A DNA stretch of 64,000 bases from Halarcobacter sp. (lineage in GTDB: Bacteria > Campylobacterota > Campylobacteria > Campylobacterales > Arcobacteraceae). The translations under genes were made by a program, and so were the position numbers. The notes beneath the pieces are model-generated. The model was given only the letters and a program-made list of their open reading frames with translations. It searched no databases and was not told the DNA's origin. The stretch covers positions 1,888,001 through 1,952,000 of the forward strand of contig CP182352.1 of NCBI GenBank assembly GCA_048571215.1. Reading direction: 5' to 3'. This document shows, one piece after another, positions 40,736 through 50,594 of this stretch; within the stretch, counting starts at the first letter, position 1, and each line of letters opens with the position of its first letter.

Positions 40736-42643
40736 CTATTTTCCATTGAAGTTTTTATCTTCAATCTTAGATACTACTTCATCAGCTATTTTATTTACAA
40801 CCGATGCAACTTCATTTGTATTATTTGATACTATAACATTTTGTTTTGTTATTTTTTCTAAATTAGTAATTGAGTCATTGATTTGTACCATTTCATCGAA
40901 TTGCAATTGAAAAGAGGAAGATACATTCTCAATCAGTTCTAATGTTTTACTAATATTTAAATTAAGTTTTTCATAACCATCAATCATTTCATCAGAAATA
41001 ACTTTACCCTCGTCTGCTTTATTTGTTGCATTTTCAACTAAACTTTTAATCTCTTTTGCTGCATCAGCACTTCTTGTTGCCAAATTTCTAACTTCAGCTG
41101 CAACTACGGCAAATCCTTTCCCTGCTTCTCCTGCTGTTGCTGCTTCAACTGCTGCATTTAGTGATAAAATATTTGTTTGAAATGAAATCTCTTCAATAAT
41201 ATCAATAGCACTTGCTATTAAATTTGTTTGGGTATTAATTTCATTCATTGATAAAGATGTTTTATTTGCTAACTCTTGTCCTTCGAATACACAACTAGCA
41301 ACAGAATCAGTATATGATGCCATTTCAGTAACAGAACTACTACTCTTTCTCATATTAGCAGTTATCTCTTCTATTGAAGTTGCTATAGTTTTAAGTCCAT
41401 CTGCTTGGTAATTAGTTGAGTTTGTTAAATCACCAACATTTGAAGATAGTGTGTTTGCATTTGTTGATAAAATTGTTCCAATATTCTTATTATCTACTAA
41501 CATAGTTGTAACAGCATCACCTAGTATATTTATATCGTCACAAAGGGATTTTAAATCTCCATCTATTTTTGATATATCAATACGTGAAGTATAATCATAT
41601 TTAGAATACTTAGATAATACTTCACTTGCATGCTTAATATTTAAATCAATCTCATTTAATAACTCATTTATTAAATTTTTTAATTCATTTAAAACAGTAT
41701 TTGATGAATCTCCCATAATTCTTGTATCAAAGAATCCAAGTTTAGCTCTATTTACAGAATCAATTGCATTATTTACTAACTCTTTATCTTCTTCCATTGC
41801 AATTTTAGTTTTTTCAATATTATTATTTATACTTGTTGCCATTTCACATAACTCATCACTACCTTTTAGCTTAATTAATGCTACATCAGTAGTTTCTCCA
41901 TTAATATATCTAAAAAAACCTAGTAAACCCTCTTGAAATTTTTGTAAAGGTTTTTTTATTGAATTGGTAACAAAAGTACTAATTAAAAAAGATGATATAA
42001 GTGAAATAAAAATAATTATATATAAAACATATAAGGTTTTATCTATTTTACTCAAAGACTCTTTATATGTAATTTTATTTTGATTCCTAGCTTCAATACT
42101 AACGTTTTTAATTGTATCATTAATTTTTATAAACAAATTATCTGTAACAAATAGCATTGGCATCGACATACTCATATTAACAGGTTGACCTGGTATTGTT
42201 TGAGATGATGAGATTGTCAACATTGTCAAAGCACCATCTAAAGCTCTATTATACTCTTCTAGATCTTGTTGAATTGTTTTAAAAATCTTTTTATTTTTTT
42301 CATCTAAAAAAGTTGACTTATTGATATCTTTTATCTCTTTATTTATTTTTTCTTGTAAATTTTTTAGAACTTCTATCTCTTTGTCAACTTTTGATTTTTC
42401 AATTCCACTTGATACATAACTAAAAACCTTATACAAGACACTATTTAGAATATTAATATCTTTTAAAAAATTATTGCTATCCATATAAGTTTGAAATTTT
42501 ACTTCAACTATTTCATTTAATATATTTTTATCAGATTTTAAAGCACTAATTGAAAATAATGCAATAACACTTAACATCAAAGTTACAAAAAAAGGAGCTA
42601 AAATAATTTTTTTATCCATTTTCAAATCATTAATAGAATACAT
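40736..42643 (-). CDS. Methyl-accepting chemotaxis protein
   Basis: Two TMs; [35 protein letters not shown]. Confidence 0.95.
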   Translation of the reverse strand: MYSINDLKMDKKIILAPFFVTLMLSVIALFSISALKSDKNILNEIVEVKFQTYMDSNNFLKDINILNSVLYKVFSYVSSGIEKSKVDKEIEVLKNLQEKINKEIKDINKSTFLDEKNKKIFKTIQQDLEEYNRALDGALTMLTISSSQTIPGQPVNMSMSMPMLFVTDNLFIKINDTIKNVSIEARNQNKITYKESLSKIDKTLYVLYIIIFISLISSFLISTFVTNSIKKPLQKFQEGLLGFFRYINGETTDVALIKLKGSDELCEMATSINNNIEKTKIAMEEDKELVNNAIDSVNRAKLGFFDTRIMGDSSNTVLNELKNLINELLNEIDLNIKHASEVLSKYSKYDYTSRIDISKIDGDLKSLCDDINILGDAVTTMLVDNKNIGTILSTNANTLSSNVGDLTNSTNYQADGLKTIATSIEEITANMRKSSSSVTEMASYTDSVASCVFEGQELANKTSLSMNEINTQTNLIASAIDIIEEISFQTNILSLNAAVEAATAGEAGKGFAVVAAEVRNLATRSADAAKEIKSLVENATNKADEGKVISDEMIDGYEKLNLNISKTLELIENVSSSFQLQFDEMVQINDSITNLEKITKQNVIVSNNTNEVASVVNKIADEVVSKIEDKNFNGK

Positions 42644-42756
42644 AATTACCTTTCTATATTATCAATTAGTTCGAAATTTAAATAAATTCTGTTTAGTCTA
42701 TATCTAAGTTCATAAACTATTATTAAAAAATCTTTAGGAAGTTATTTTCATCAAAA

Positions 42757-42804
42757 AAAGGAAGAGATATATTTTTTCTTTTAGTTAAAATATACTCTTC
42801 CTTT
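42757..42804 (-). terminator. Terminator of the TAXI-TRAP operon
   Basis: AAAGGAAGAG(A)TATATTTT...AAAATATACTCTTCCTTT with a minus-strand U-run. Confidence 0.6.
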
Positions 42805-42912
42805 AAATTCTTAATAAAACAATTTTGACTATTAAATATAAAGCTTTCAAAAAATTTAAATATCTTTATATCACTAAAATCATCACTAATAATATCTTTA
42901 AATTTTATTTCA

Positions 42913-44868
42913 TCAATTCAAATTAGCTGATTCATAAGTTTTTTCTTCTTTAAACAACTTTTTATGTAATACCATAGAAATTGCAAATATTCCAAAACCT
43001 ATAAGATGCGTATTTTGAACTATTCCAAAATATGTATCAAAATTATATGCTTCATCTTCTGTCAATAATAAAATAGCAGCAATTGCAAAAGCTACCCTTT
43101 CTATTATCATCATCTTTTTATCCCAAAAACCTTCCATTACAATAGAAAAACACATTATTCCAAAAAATGCGAAAGTAAATACTTCTATTCTTTCAAACCA
43201 AGTACCAGTCACTAGTGGAGTAAAGGCAAATAACAAAGGAATAATATACATCCCCTTACCTATTTTCCAAGATACAAGTCCTGTTTGCATAGGAGGTGTT
43301 TTGGCTATGGCTGCTGCTGCAAAAGCTGCTAAACAAACTGGGGGTGTCAGGTTTGAATCTTGTGATAACCAAAATATAATCAAGTGAGCTGATAAAAGAT
43401 ACATAGCAACCTCTGGAAGTTCAATCCCTGCATTTACAAGTGCTGCCATCTCTGGGCTTAGCATTAGTCCCACAAGAGCTGGAGCAGATAAAACTGATAA
43501 TACAACATAAGAAGCAGTTACTGGTAATCCCATCCCTAAAATAAGTGAGGCGATTGCTATCAAAGCAATTGCTATAAGTAAAGAGTTTCCTGACCACTCC
43601 ATAATAAGTTGAGAAAAAGTTATTCCAACTCCTGAGATATTTATAACTCCAACAATAATACCAACAGCGATTAATAAAACCCCTGTTACAATCATATTTT
43701 GACTACCAAGTGCAAGGGCTTCTAATATCTCTTTTATACCCATTCTTTTATTTTTTGTTAAATATGAAGATAAAACAATAGTGATTATTGCAATTGAAGC
43801 TGCATAAGTTGGTGAAAAACCATAAATTAATAGTCCAACTAAAGTTGCTAAAGGGATAATAAAATGAAAACCTTCCCTTAATATTGGAAGAATTTTAATA
43901 TTATTCTCTTCCCCTTTTATATTATTCTCTTTTGCATGAATATGAATATAAAAAGAGATTGATGCAAAATACAGTATCGCTGGTAAAATTGAAACCGTAA
44001 CAATTGTCACAAAAGGTATATGGGTAATTTGAGCCATAATAAAAGCTCCCGCTCCCATAATAGGTGGCATGATTTGTCCACCTGTACTAGCTGCTGCTTC
44101 AACTGCTGCCGCAAATGTGCCTTTAAACCCTGCTTTTTTCATCATAGGAATTGTAATGGAACCTGTTGAAACTGTATTTGCAACTGCACTTCCAGATATT
44201 GTTCCCATAAGAGCTGAAGAGAATACTGCTACATGACCAGTTCCTCCTATATATTTCCCTGCTACTGCATTTGATACATCTACTATAAAATCCCCTGCAC
44301 CTGATTTTAATAAAAATGCTGCAAATAGTATAAACATAAATACATATGTTGATGAAATAGTAGCAATTGGTCCAAAAAGTCCCTCACTTGTATAAAACAT
44401 TCTATATAAAAATCTTTCATAATCCATACCAGCAAATGCAAAAATTCCCTCAAAATATTGACCTAAGAAAAGTATATATGAGATACATAAAACAATAATT
44501 GCTGGAATAATATATCCAGTACTACGTCTAACTATCTCTATTGCAAGGGCTATTGTCAAACACACAACTATAATATCACTTAGTCTCATTTGACCATTTC
44601 CAGCTGAATATAAACTCTCTTCAAACAAGACCATATATACAAATGTACACACTGATAAAATTGCTAAGATGATATTTAATATACTAACTTTATTATCATC
44701 CTTAGATCTTCCTAAAGTTAAAAATCCAAGTGAAGCCAAAAATGCAAAGTGTGCAGAGTTAAACCATAAGTCACTTATTCCTCCCCATATATTTATATAG
44801 AAGTGAAAAAGTGATATTAGTATTGCATATACAAAGGTTATTTCTTTAAAATATTTTATTTTTATCAT
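42913..44868 (-). CDS. TRAP transporter fused permease (4TM/12TM, TAXI type)
   Basis: GTISGSAVAN; EAAASTGGQIMPPIMGAGAF; LGMGLPVTASY; TPPVCLAAFAAA; AAGGA RBS before MIKIK. Confidence 0.92.
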   Translation of the reverse strand: MIKIKYFKEITFVYAILISLFHFYINIWGGISDLWFNSAHFAFLASLGFLTLGRSKDDNKVSILNIILAILSVCTFVYMVLFEESLYSAGNGQMRLSDIIVVCLTIALAIEIVRRSTGYIIPAIIVLCISYILFLGQYFEGIFAFAGMDYERFLYRMFYTSEGLFGPIATISSTYVFMFILFAAFLLKSGAGDFIVDVSNAVAGKYIGGTGHVAVFSSALMGTISGSAVANTVSTGSITIPMMKKAGFKGTFAAAVEAAASTGGQIMPPIMGAGAFIMAQITHIPFVTIVTVSILPAILYFASISFYIHIHAKENNIKGEENNIKILPILREGFHFIIPLATLVGLLIYGFSPTYAASIAIITIVLSSYLTKNKRMGIKEILEALALGSQNMIVTGVLLIAVGIIVGVINISGVGITFSQLIMEWSGNSLLIAIALIAIASLILGMGLPVTASYVVLSVLSAPALVGLMLSPEMAALVNAGIELPEVAMYLLSAHLIIFWLSQDSNLTPPVCLAAFAAAAIAKTPPMQTGLVSWKIGKGMYIIPLLFAFTPLVTGTWFERIEVFTFAFFGIMCFSIVMEGFWDKKMMIIERVAFAIAAILLLTEDEAYNFDTYFGIVQNTHLIGFGIFAISMVLHKKLFKEEKTYESANLN

Positions 44869-44956
44869 GATTATTGTCCTTAAGTTTATAGGATACATAA
44901 ATAATTTCTAATCACTTATGTATGATATAGATAAAGAGAGTAAAAACTCCCTTTAT

Positions 44957-45973
44957 TTACTCTATTAAAGATGCTGGTATTTTGACACCTTGCTCTCTAT
45001 AATATTTTGCTGCACCTTTATGTAAAGGCATTGGTAAACCATCTATCGCTTTTTGTAGAGACATAGCAAGTGTTGCTTTATGTACACTATTTAAAAATGG
45101 TAGATTTTCATAAATTGTTTTTGTTAAAAGATAAACTGTTTCTTCAGGAGTATCTTTTGTAACAACCAATAGATTTGGTTGAGCTATTGTATGGATATCT
45201 TTCGTTTGTCCAGGATAAGTTCCAGCTTTTATAGTAAATGGTGTCCAAACAGGATAATTTGCATCAATTTTTTCTAAATCTTCTTTAGAAAAATCCAATA
45301 CTCTTATGTTATCATTTCCAATTGAAGCAAAAGCATTTGTAACTGCTGATGTTGGAGGTCCTGATGGAGTTGTCATACCTTGTACTTTTCCATCTTGAAG
45401 TGCAGTTGAACTTGGACTATAACCTAAGTATTGTAAATCCATTTTATTGAAATCAATCCCAAGTGAGCTTAAAATAGTTTCAGATGAAACTCTTGAACCA
45501 GAACTTCTTCCACCTATAGAAAATCTTTCCCCATAAAGATTTTTCATATCTTTAATATTTCCTGTTTTTGCATATTTACTTTTTATAGTAAATTGTTCAA
45601 CATTTTGCCATAGCATTGTGATTGATCTAAGATTTTTTTGAGGATTGCCAGCATACTTATCTTTTCCTTGCCAAGCCATAGAACCAAATAAACCTTGTAA
45701 AATACCAAAGTTTACTTCCCCTTTCCCTAACATATCAACGTTTTCATTACTTCCTGCACTTGTGATTGCAGAAAATGTAATTTTATGTTTTTTTGCTAAT
45801 TTTATAGAAGCAATTGTTGCAATACCAACACCAACTGGATAATAAGTTCCCCCTGTACTAGCAGTTGCTATTACATACTTAGTCTCATTTGATGCAGCAT
45901 TTGCACCAGTTAGCATCGCTGCAGTTATTACTGAAGTTGCTAATAGTTTTTTAAAAATTGAAACATTTAACAT
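44957..45973 (-). CDS. TAXI-family TRAP solute-binding protein
   Basis: IATASTGGTYYPVG; SAGSNENV; PLHKGAAKYYRE; AAGGAG RBS before MLNVS. Confidence 0.92.
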   Translation of the reverse strand: MLNVSIFKKLLATSVITAAMLTGANAASNETKYVIATASTGGTYYPVGVGIATIASIKLAKKHKITFSAITSAGSNENVDMLGKGEVNFGILQGLFGSMAWQGKDKYAGNPQKNLRSITMLWQNVEQFTIKSKYAKTGNIKDMKNLYGERFSIGGRSSGSRVSSETILSSLGIDFNKMDLQYLGYSPSSTALQDGKVQGMTTPSGPPTSAVTNAFASIGNDNIRVLDFSKEDLEKIDANYPVWTPFTIKAGTYPGQTKDIHTIAQPNLLVVTKDTPEETVYLLTKTIYENLPFLNSVHKATLAMSLQKAIDGLPMPLHKGAAKYYREQGVKIPASLIE

Positions 45974-46012
45974 GTTACTCTCCTTTTTTTTTATGTAAAA
46001 GAAGTATAACAC

Positions 46013-46038
46013 ATTTTGAAACAAAATTGTTTCAAAAT
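46013..46038. promoter_or_regulatory. 12-bp inverted repeat upstream of the TAXI operon
   Basis: ATTTTGAAACAA-aa-TTGTTTCAAAAT. Confidence 0.5.
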
Positions 46039-46284
46039 TGTTTTAAATTTCAAAATTTATTTATAAAGTACGATTTTTAGGGATATTAATTTTTATAAAT
46101 TATATTACCTAGGCTCAAATTTGAAACAATTATCCCTTTATCTTTTATTTTTATCAAAGTTTCTAGTAGTATTTAATAAATCTACTCTATACTTACTTCG
46201 AGAAAAAAATTAAATAAAATACCAATTTAATCTTTAGTGTAATTTTAATTAATAGTTAATTTGTAGTTCTTTATTTAAATCTTT

Positions 46285-47147
46285 CTATTCTATATATTTA
46301 TTTCGTATTAGCAATGTCTTAAAAAGTATTAAACACATAATGACTAATAAAACTGCACTATATAAATATGTAGGTTCAAATAAGAATACTATTATCTGCC
46401 ATAAAGTAGCAAAAAAAGATGTAATAATAATCTTAAGAAAAACTCCTTTTAAAATAAAAAAAATCAACAAAATTAAACAAAATAAAAAGGTAACTAGAGC
46501 AAACCATAATAAGTCTTTCATAGGTGAGAATTTATTACTTTGTTCTGAGTGCATTTTAATACCTAATAACATTCGCCGTTCCATAATATAATGAAATGGA
46601 ATAATCAAATGATTTTTAAAACTTGTCCATAAATTTGTGCTTTTATTTTCTTGTGTTCTAACAATCAAGCGAGATTGTTTTTCATTTATACTTTTTACTA
46701 AAAATGTACCCCAATTCTCAAAACAAGGCTTCCTTCTGGTTTTACATATAGTACAGGAAAATTGTAAATACTTAAAGCACTTTCTTTATTTCTTGAGCCA
46801 TGGACAATATTCCCTACTTTTAAATTAGTGTTTTTAGATATATTTATAGTTTGATATTGGACTTTATTTCCTAATTCATGCTCAATAAAATCATAGCTAT
46901 AAAAACCTTGCCTATTAGCACCTAATTGCATAAGTAATTGCCAAACAATATGTTTATTTGCATCAATTTGTATTGCTCTTGTTGATGTGATGTTTAAATT
47001 ATCATTATCACCCACCATTAACATAGATATCTCTTCTTTTGAAGCTCCCCATTGTGTAATTATAGGTTCTATAAAAATAAAATATATTAACACCTGCAAA
47101 ACTAATATAAAAACTAAAACCAACAATTTTTTTATAAACTTGAACAC
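46285..47147 (-). pseudogene. Membrane-associated SRPBCC-like protein split by two frameshifts (ORFs 46698..47147 and 46285..46668)
   Basis: WGA..EE..GD..TRAI.I.A..VWQLLMQLG..RQGFYSY. The missing linker ENWGTFLVKSINE lies in a third frame and then joins SRLIVRTQ. Confidence 0.7.
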
Positions 47148-47164
47148 TATTTAAATCTTTGTTT

Positions 47165-47704
47165 TTATTTACTAGAAAGTACTAAATTTAATAAGAAATC
47201 ATCAAGTTCTTTATTTCTAGTACTTGATAATCTTGGTTGAATAAATAAAGTACCAAGAAATTTACAATAAATTAACAAAGTCATTTCTTCTCTTGTCTTT
47301 TCATCGGAACTAGGATTAAGTTTATCTTGAATATTTCGTAGTATTAAAATTCGTTCTTTATCAATCTTTTCCATATATGGTAAAACAAGTTCATTTCTAA
47401 GACCCCAGGCTCTAAATTCGATTTCGATATTTAAGTCTTTTGAATATATGGTATTATTTAGTAACTCTATTTGTTTTAAAGGATTATTTTCAAATTGTTT
47501 ACTTTTCTCAATAATATCCATTGTAAAAGTTTTGTACCAATACTCTAAAATCTCTTTAATAAATATTTTGTGGCTTTTAAAATGATGATAAAAAGAGCCT
47601 TTGGTAACTTTTAATTTTTTACAGAGTAAATCGATTTTTAATATATCAACACCATGTTTTGAAACTAATTTCAAAGATGAATCCATCCAATCTTCTTTTG
47701 TCAT
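47165..47704 (-). CDS. TetR/AcrR-family regulator
   Basis: HTH LCKKLKVTKGSFYHHF; AAAGGA RBS before MTKEDW. Confidence 0.92.
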   Translation of the reverse strand: MTKEDWMDSSLKLVSKHGVDILKIDLLCKKLKVTKGSFYHHFKSHKIFIKEILEYWYKTFTMDIIEKSKQFENNPLKQIELLNNTIYSKDLNIEIEFRAWGLRNELVLPYMEKIDKERILILRNIQDKLNPSSDEKTREEMTLLIYCKFLGTLFIQPRLSSTRNKELDDFLLNLVLSSK

Positions 47705-47720
47705 AATATTCCTTTTTGAT

Positions 47721-47750
47721 ATCATACCATACAGTATGGTATTGTGTCAA
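47721..47750 (-). promoter_or_regulatory. sigma70 promoter with overlapping palindromic operator (probable TetR autoregulation)
   Basis: TTGACA (47750-47745), 18-bp spacer, TATGAT (47726-47721); perfect ATACCATAC-A-GTATGGTAT at 47724-47742. Confidence 0.8.
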
Positions 47751-47848
47751 GAGAATATAAAATACTTATTCTATTGAATGTATGATTTCAATTTACAATT
47801 AATTGGTATCCTATCCACGGATTTTTGTAGAGTATTTTCTTTATTGTT

Positions 47849-47917
47849 AGGTAACGTTTAAAATGAGCTGATGAATTGCCCGCAGAGTAATTTATTGGCT
47901 CCTCTGTTTAGTTAGAA
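47849..47917 (-). repeat. attC site A (69 bp)
   Basis: Minus strand TTCTAAC TAAAC AGAGGAGC...GCTCATTT TAAAC GTTACCT. Confidence 0.88.
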
Positions 47918-48198
47918 GATACCGTACCATGTTGCTCCAATAAATAAAATAAATACCTGTATCAATGCAAGTAAACTTGATAAAGTAACTCCTAACCAAA
48001 TAACAATATTCTTACCGTATTTTTTGATATGAAAGTTTCCATAGATTATACTTAATGTTAAAAATATAATAACAATCAATGCCATCAATATAAAATTGAC
48101 TTGAATATTATCAATCCACTCACTTTTCCAATTAAAGAATATCACTCCGCTTAGAAAAGCCATTGTAAAAGGTATAAATTCTGAAATTTTTTTTCCAT
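47912..48198 (-). pseudogene. Cassette: near-identical copy of 48656..48946 with a 4-bp 5' deletion
   Basis: ATGG-A8-TTTCAG vs ATGG-AAAAACGAAAAA-TTTCAG; the remaining ORF is 47912..48163. Confidence 0.8.
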
Positions 48199-48204
48199 TT
48201 TCTC

Positions 48205-48273
48205 TTCTAACGTTTAAAGTGAGCCGATGAATTACCCGCAGAATAATTTATTAGCTCCTCAAATTTGTTATGT
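48205..48273 (-). repeat. attC site B (69 bp)
   Basis: ACATAAC AAATT TGAGGAGC...GCTCACTT TAAAC GTTAGAA. Confidence 0.9.
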
Positions 48274-48576
48274 ACCTGTTCCTAAGCCAAGTACACCAAT
48301 AAACGACCAAAACAGTATTCCAGCCACTGCTAAAATCTGACCATGCAATTTTTGATGATTACGAAATCCATAAATCATAGCCCCAAAGGAGAGCAGGAGA
48401 CCAAGAATCATTCCAAGTTTCGTAAACAATGGAAATGTGTAAAGCAATCCCATTGGTACACCAACTGTAGCTCCAAGAATAAACATGAAGCCAAGCCATA
48501 TATTTTCTTTAAAAACAAAAGAAACAATGCTCAATATGAGAAAGATGCTGACTAATGCAATAATTATTCTTTTGAT
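48268..48576 (-). CDS. Cassette: small multi-TM membrane protein (RBS points to an ATC codon at 48576)
   Basis: Track ORF 48268..48534 extends 14 codons in frame to AGGAG-N5-ATC; its stop lies in the R'' box. Confidence 0.65.
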   Translation of the reverse strand: MKRIIIALVSIFLILSIVSFVFKENIWLGFMFILGATVGVPMGLLYTFPLFTKLGMILGLLLSFGAMIYGFRNHQKLHGQILAVAGILFWSFIGVLGLGTGT

Positions 48577-48591
48577 GAATACTCCTGTGGT

Positions 48592-48661
48592 ACATAACGT
48601 TTTTCGTGAGCAATAATTTTCCCGCTAGGGTAAATTATTGGTCTCCTCGTATTTGTTAGAA
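48592..48661 (-). repeat. attC site C (70 bp)
   Basis: TTCTAAC AAATA CGAGGAGA CCAATAATTTACCC..GGGAAAATTATTG CTCACG AAAAAC GTTATGT. Confidence 0.9.
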
Positions 48662-48946
48662 GATGCCATTCCATGTTGCTCCAATAAATAAAATAAACAC
48701 CTGTATCAATGCAAGTAAACTTGATAACGTAACTCCTAACCAAATAACAATATTCTTACCATATTTTTTGATATGAAAGTTTCCATAGATTATACTTAAT
48801 GTTAAAAATATAATAACAATCAATGCCATCAACATAAAATTGACTTGAATATTATCAATCCACTCACTTTTCCAATTAAAGAATATCACTCCGCTTAGAA
48901 AAGCCATTGTCAAAGGTATGAATTCTGAAATTTTTCGTTTTTCCAT
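48656..48946 (-). CDS. Cassette: 96-aa three-TM hypothetical protein
   Basis: ATG lies just after GTTAGAA; stop TAA lies inside TTCTAAC. Confidence 0.8.
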   Translation of the reverse strand: MEKRKISEFIPLTMAFLSGVIFFNWKSEWIDNIQVNFMLMALIVIIFLTLSIIYGNFHIKKYGKNIVIWLGVTLSSLLALIQVFILFIGATWNGIF

Positions 48947-48952
48947 TTTCTC

Positions 48953-49618
48953 TTCTAACGTTTAAGTTGAGAAATAAGTTGCCCGTAGGGTAACTTATTT
49001 CCCTCCAATGAGACTGTGAAAGAACTCAGTCTCAATTTATATAAATATTCTACATAAAAACACCTAAAAATAATCATCCTAAAAATACTAAAATGTTATA
49101 ATATATTATATTTTAAAGGTGATTTATGGGTATATATAAACAAGGATTAGATAGAAATCAACAGTTACTTTTTCCACCAAGTTTGGATGAATTAATAGAT
49201 GAGAATAATATAACAAGAGCAATTGATTCTTATGTTGAGATATTAAATATTCATAAGCTAAATATAAAAACTAAAAAATCATTAATAAAAGATGGTCAAC
49301 CTGCATTTCATCCAAAACTACTATTAAAAATATATATTTATGGATATTTAATCTTGTGAAGCGAAGCGGTGCTTTAGCATCACTCTCTTTGAGAAAAAGT
49401 TATGTATAGCAATAAAAAATAAAGATTTAACTCAAATTACAAAAGATATAGAGGAATATATCTTAGTATTTGGACTTTATTTGGTTTATTTTTTACAAAA
49501 ATTTTTATATCTAAAAAATTTAAGAAAAAATGTCAGATATTCTGGAAGTTAATTTGGATTTTTACTGTAAATTTAGTTTATTTGGGACTAAATTCACAGT
49601 CTAAATGATTTGTTAGAG
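48953..49618 (-). repeat. attC site D, split by an IS (reconstructs to 69 bp: 48953-49010 plus 49608-49618)
   Basis: The rejoined site CTCTAAC AAATC ATTGGAGG GAAATAAGTT..AACTTATTTC TCAACT TAAAC GTTAGAA closely parallels attC F. Confidence 0.88.
49010..49603 (+). mobile_element. Internally deleted IS1182-family element inserted in attC D
   Basis: IR AGACTGTGAA (49011-49020) / TTCACAGTCT (49593-49602); AAT(G) duplicated on both sides; transposase N-terminus ..DRNQQLLFPPSLDELI..GQPAFHPKLLLKIYIYGY (49126..49359); probable C-terminal remnant 49406-49552. Confidence 0.85.
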
Positions 49619-49635
49619 GATTTTAGCTAGTACAA

Positions 49636-50106
49636 TTAATAATCAATGAAATCTGGAAAAGCAAATTGACTAATTTTCCACTCATTATTCTCTTGTTCAA
49701 GAAATATTTTAAAATAATTTCTTTGACGATTGTCAATCTTTGCTTTCATTTTCCCATAAGCAACAATGTTACCTTTATTAATGTTAGAAATATTTTCTGG
49801 ATAAAAAGCACAACTATAAATCTCAATTCCTTCGTAAAATTTGCTAAATTCATTTTTATATAATTCAAGGTGTGGTAATAATATTTCTTTAACAAAAGGC
49901 TTTTTTAGTGTAACAAGTTGTTTCAGTGATTTTATATCATTTTTTCTTATTGCAATTTCGAATTTTGTTACGATAATTTGCGTATTTTTTGTTGGTATTT
50001 TAACAAAATAGAAATATCCAAGGATCAAAAGTAAAGTAGAAAGAAAAATAAAAATTGCAGATACTTTTAATACCAGTTTTTTAATTGTACTTTCTTTTGA
50101 GTTCAT
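49636..50106 (-). CDS. Cassette: single-TM protein, possibly NTF2-like fold
   Basis: True start is probably MNSKES, just after GTTAGAG (the track's first 24 aa read through attC E); ends LEQENNEWKI. Confidence 0.75.
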   Translation of the reverse strand: MNSKESTIKKLVLKVSAIFIFLSTLLLILGYFYFVKIPTKNTQIIVTKFEIAIRKNDIKSLKQLVTLKKPFVKEILLPHLELYKNEFSKFYEGIEIYSCAFYPENISNINKGNIVAYGKMKAKIDNRQRNYFKIFLEQENNEWKISQFAFPDFIDY

Positions 50107-50114
50107 TTTTCTGC

Positions 50115-50186
50115 CTCTAACGTTTGTCATCACTGGTTTATGTGAAGCGCAGCGGAACACAAATCCAGTGCATGACATTGTTATGA
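50115..50186 (-). repeat. attC site E (72 bp, different sequence family)
   Basis: TCATAAC AATGT CATGCACTGGATTTGTGTTCCGCTGCGCTTCACATAAACCAGTGATG ACAAAC GTTAGAG. Confidence 0.9.
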
Positions 50187-50549
50187 ATCCTTTTTATGTT
50201 CAACGTATTCAACTATAGATCCATCTGGATGTTGTATTCGCATATTCTTACCTGTTGGAACTTTTTTAGGTTTTTCTAAAATGGGTATTCCATTGTCTAA
50301 AAAATAATTATGAAAATCATCTAATGAATCAACAAGGAAAGTTGTTTTTGTTGATTTAAATTTTTCCAAATCTTTTTCTTCACCAGCTAATAACAGGATA
50401 GAAGAAATCTGGACTAATTCTATATTCATTTCTTTGTATATAAATCTAAGAGAACAAGTTTTCTTAAAAATATTTTCATAGAATTTGATTGTTTTCTCTA
50501 ATTTTGAAGGATGCAAAAATATTCTTGTAAGTATTTCTTTGATTTGCAT
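50181..50549 (-). CDS. Cassette: VOC/glyoxalase-family protein
   Basis: FYENIF; FLVDSLDD; PKKVPTGKNMRIQHPDGSIVEYVEH. Confidence 0.85.
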   Translation of the reverse strand: MQIKEILTRIFLHPSKLEKTIKFYENIFKKTCSLRFIYKEMNIELVQISSILLLAGEEKDLEKFKSTKTTFLVDSLDDFHNYFLDNGIPILEKPKKVPTGKNMRIQHPDGSIVEYVEHKKDS

Positions 50550-50559
50550 TTATTTCTCC

Positions 50560-50594
50560 TCATAACTATTTATTCAACGAACATTATATATAAA
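50560..50594 (-). other. Candidate attI-like entry site 2 with TATAAT
   Basis: TTTATATATAATGTTCGTTGAATAAATA-GTTATGA; core complements this cassette's TCATAAC; no attC palindrome. Confidence 0.65.

Noticed and set aside
50107..50178. ORF-track N-terminal extensions of cassette genes (also 51535-51591)
   Set aside because: They read through attC sites; RBS and core positions support the downstream ATGs.
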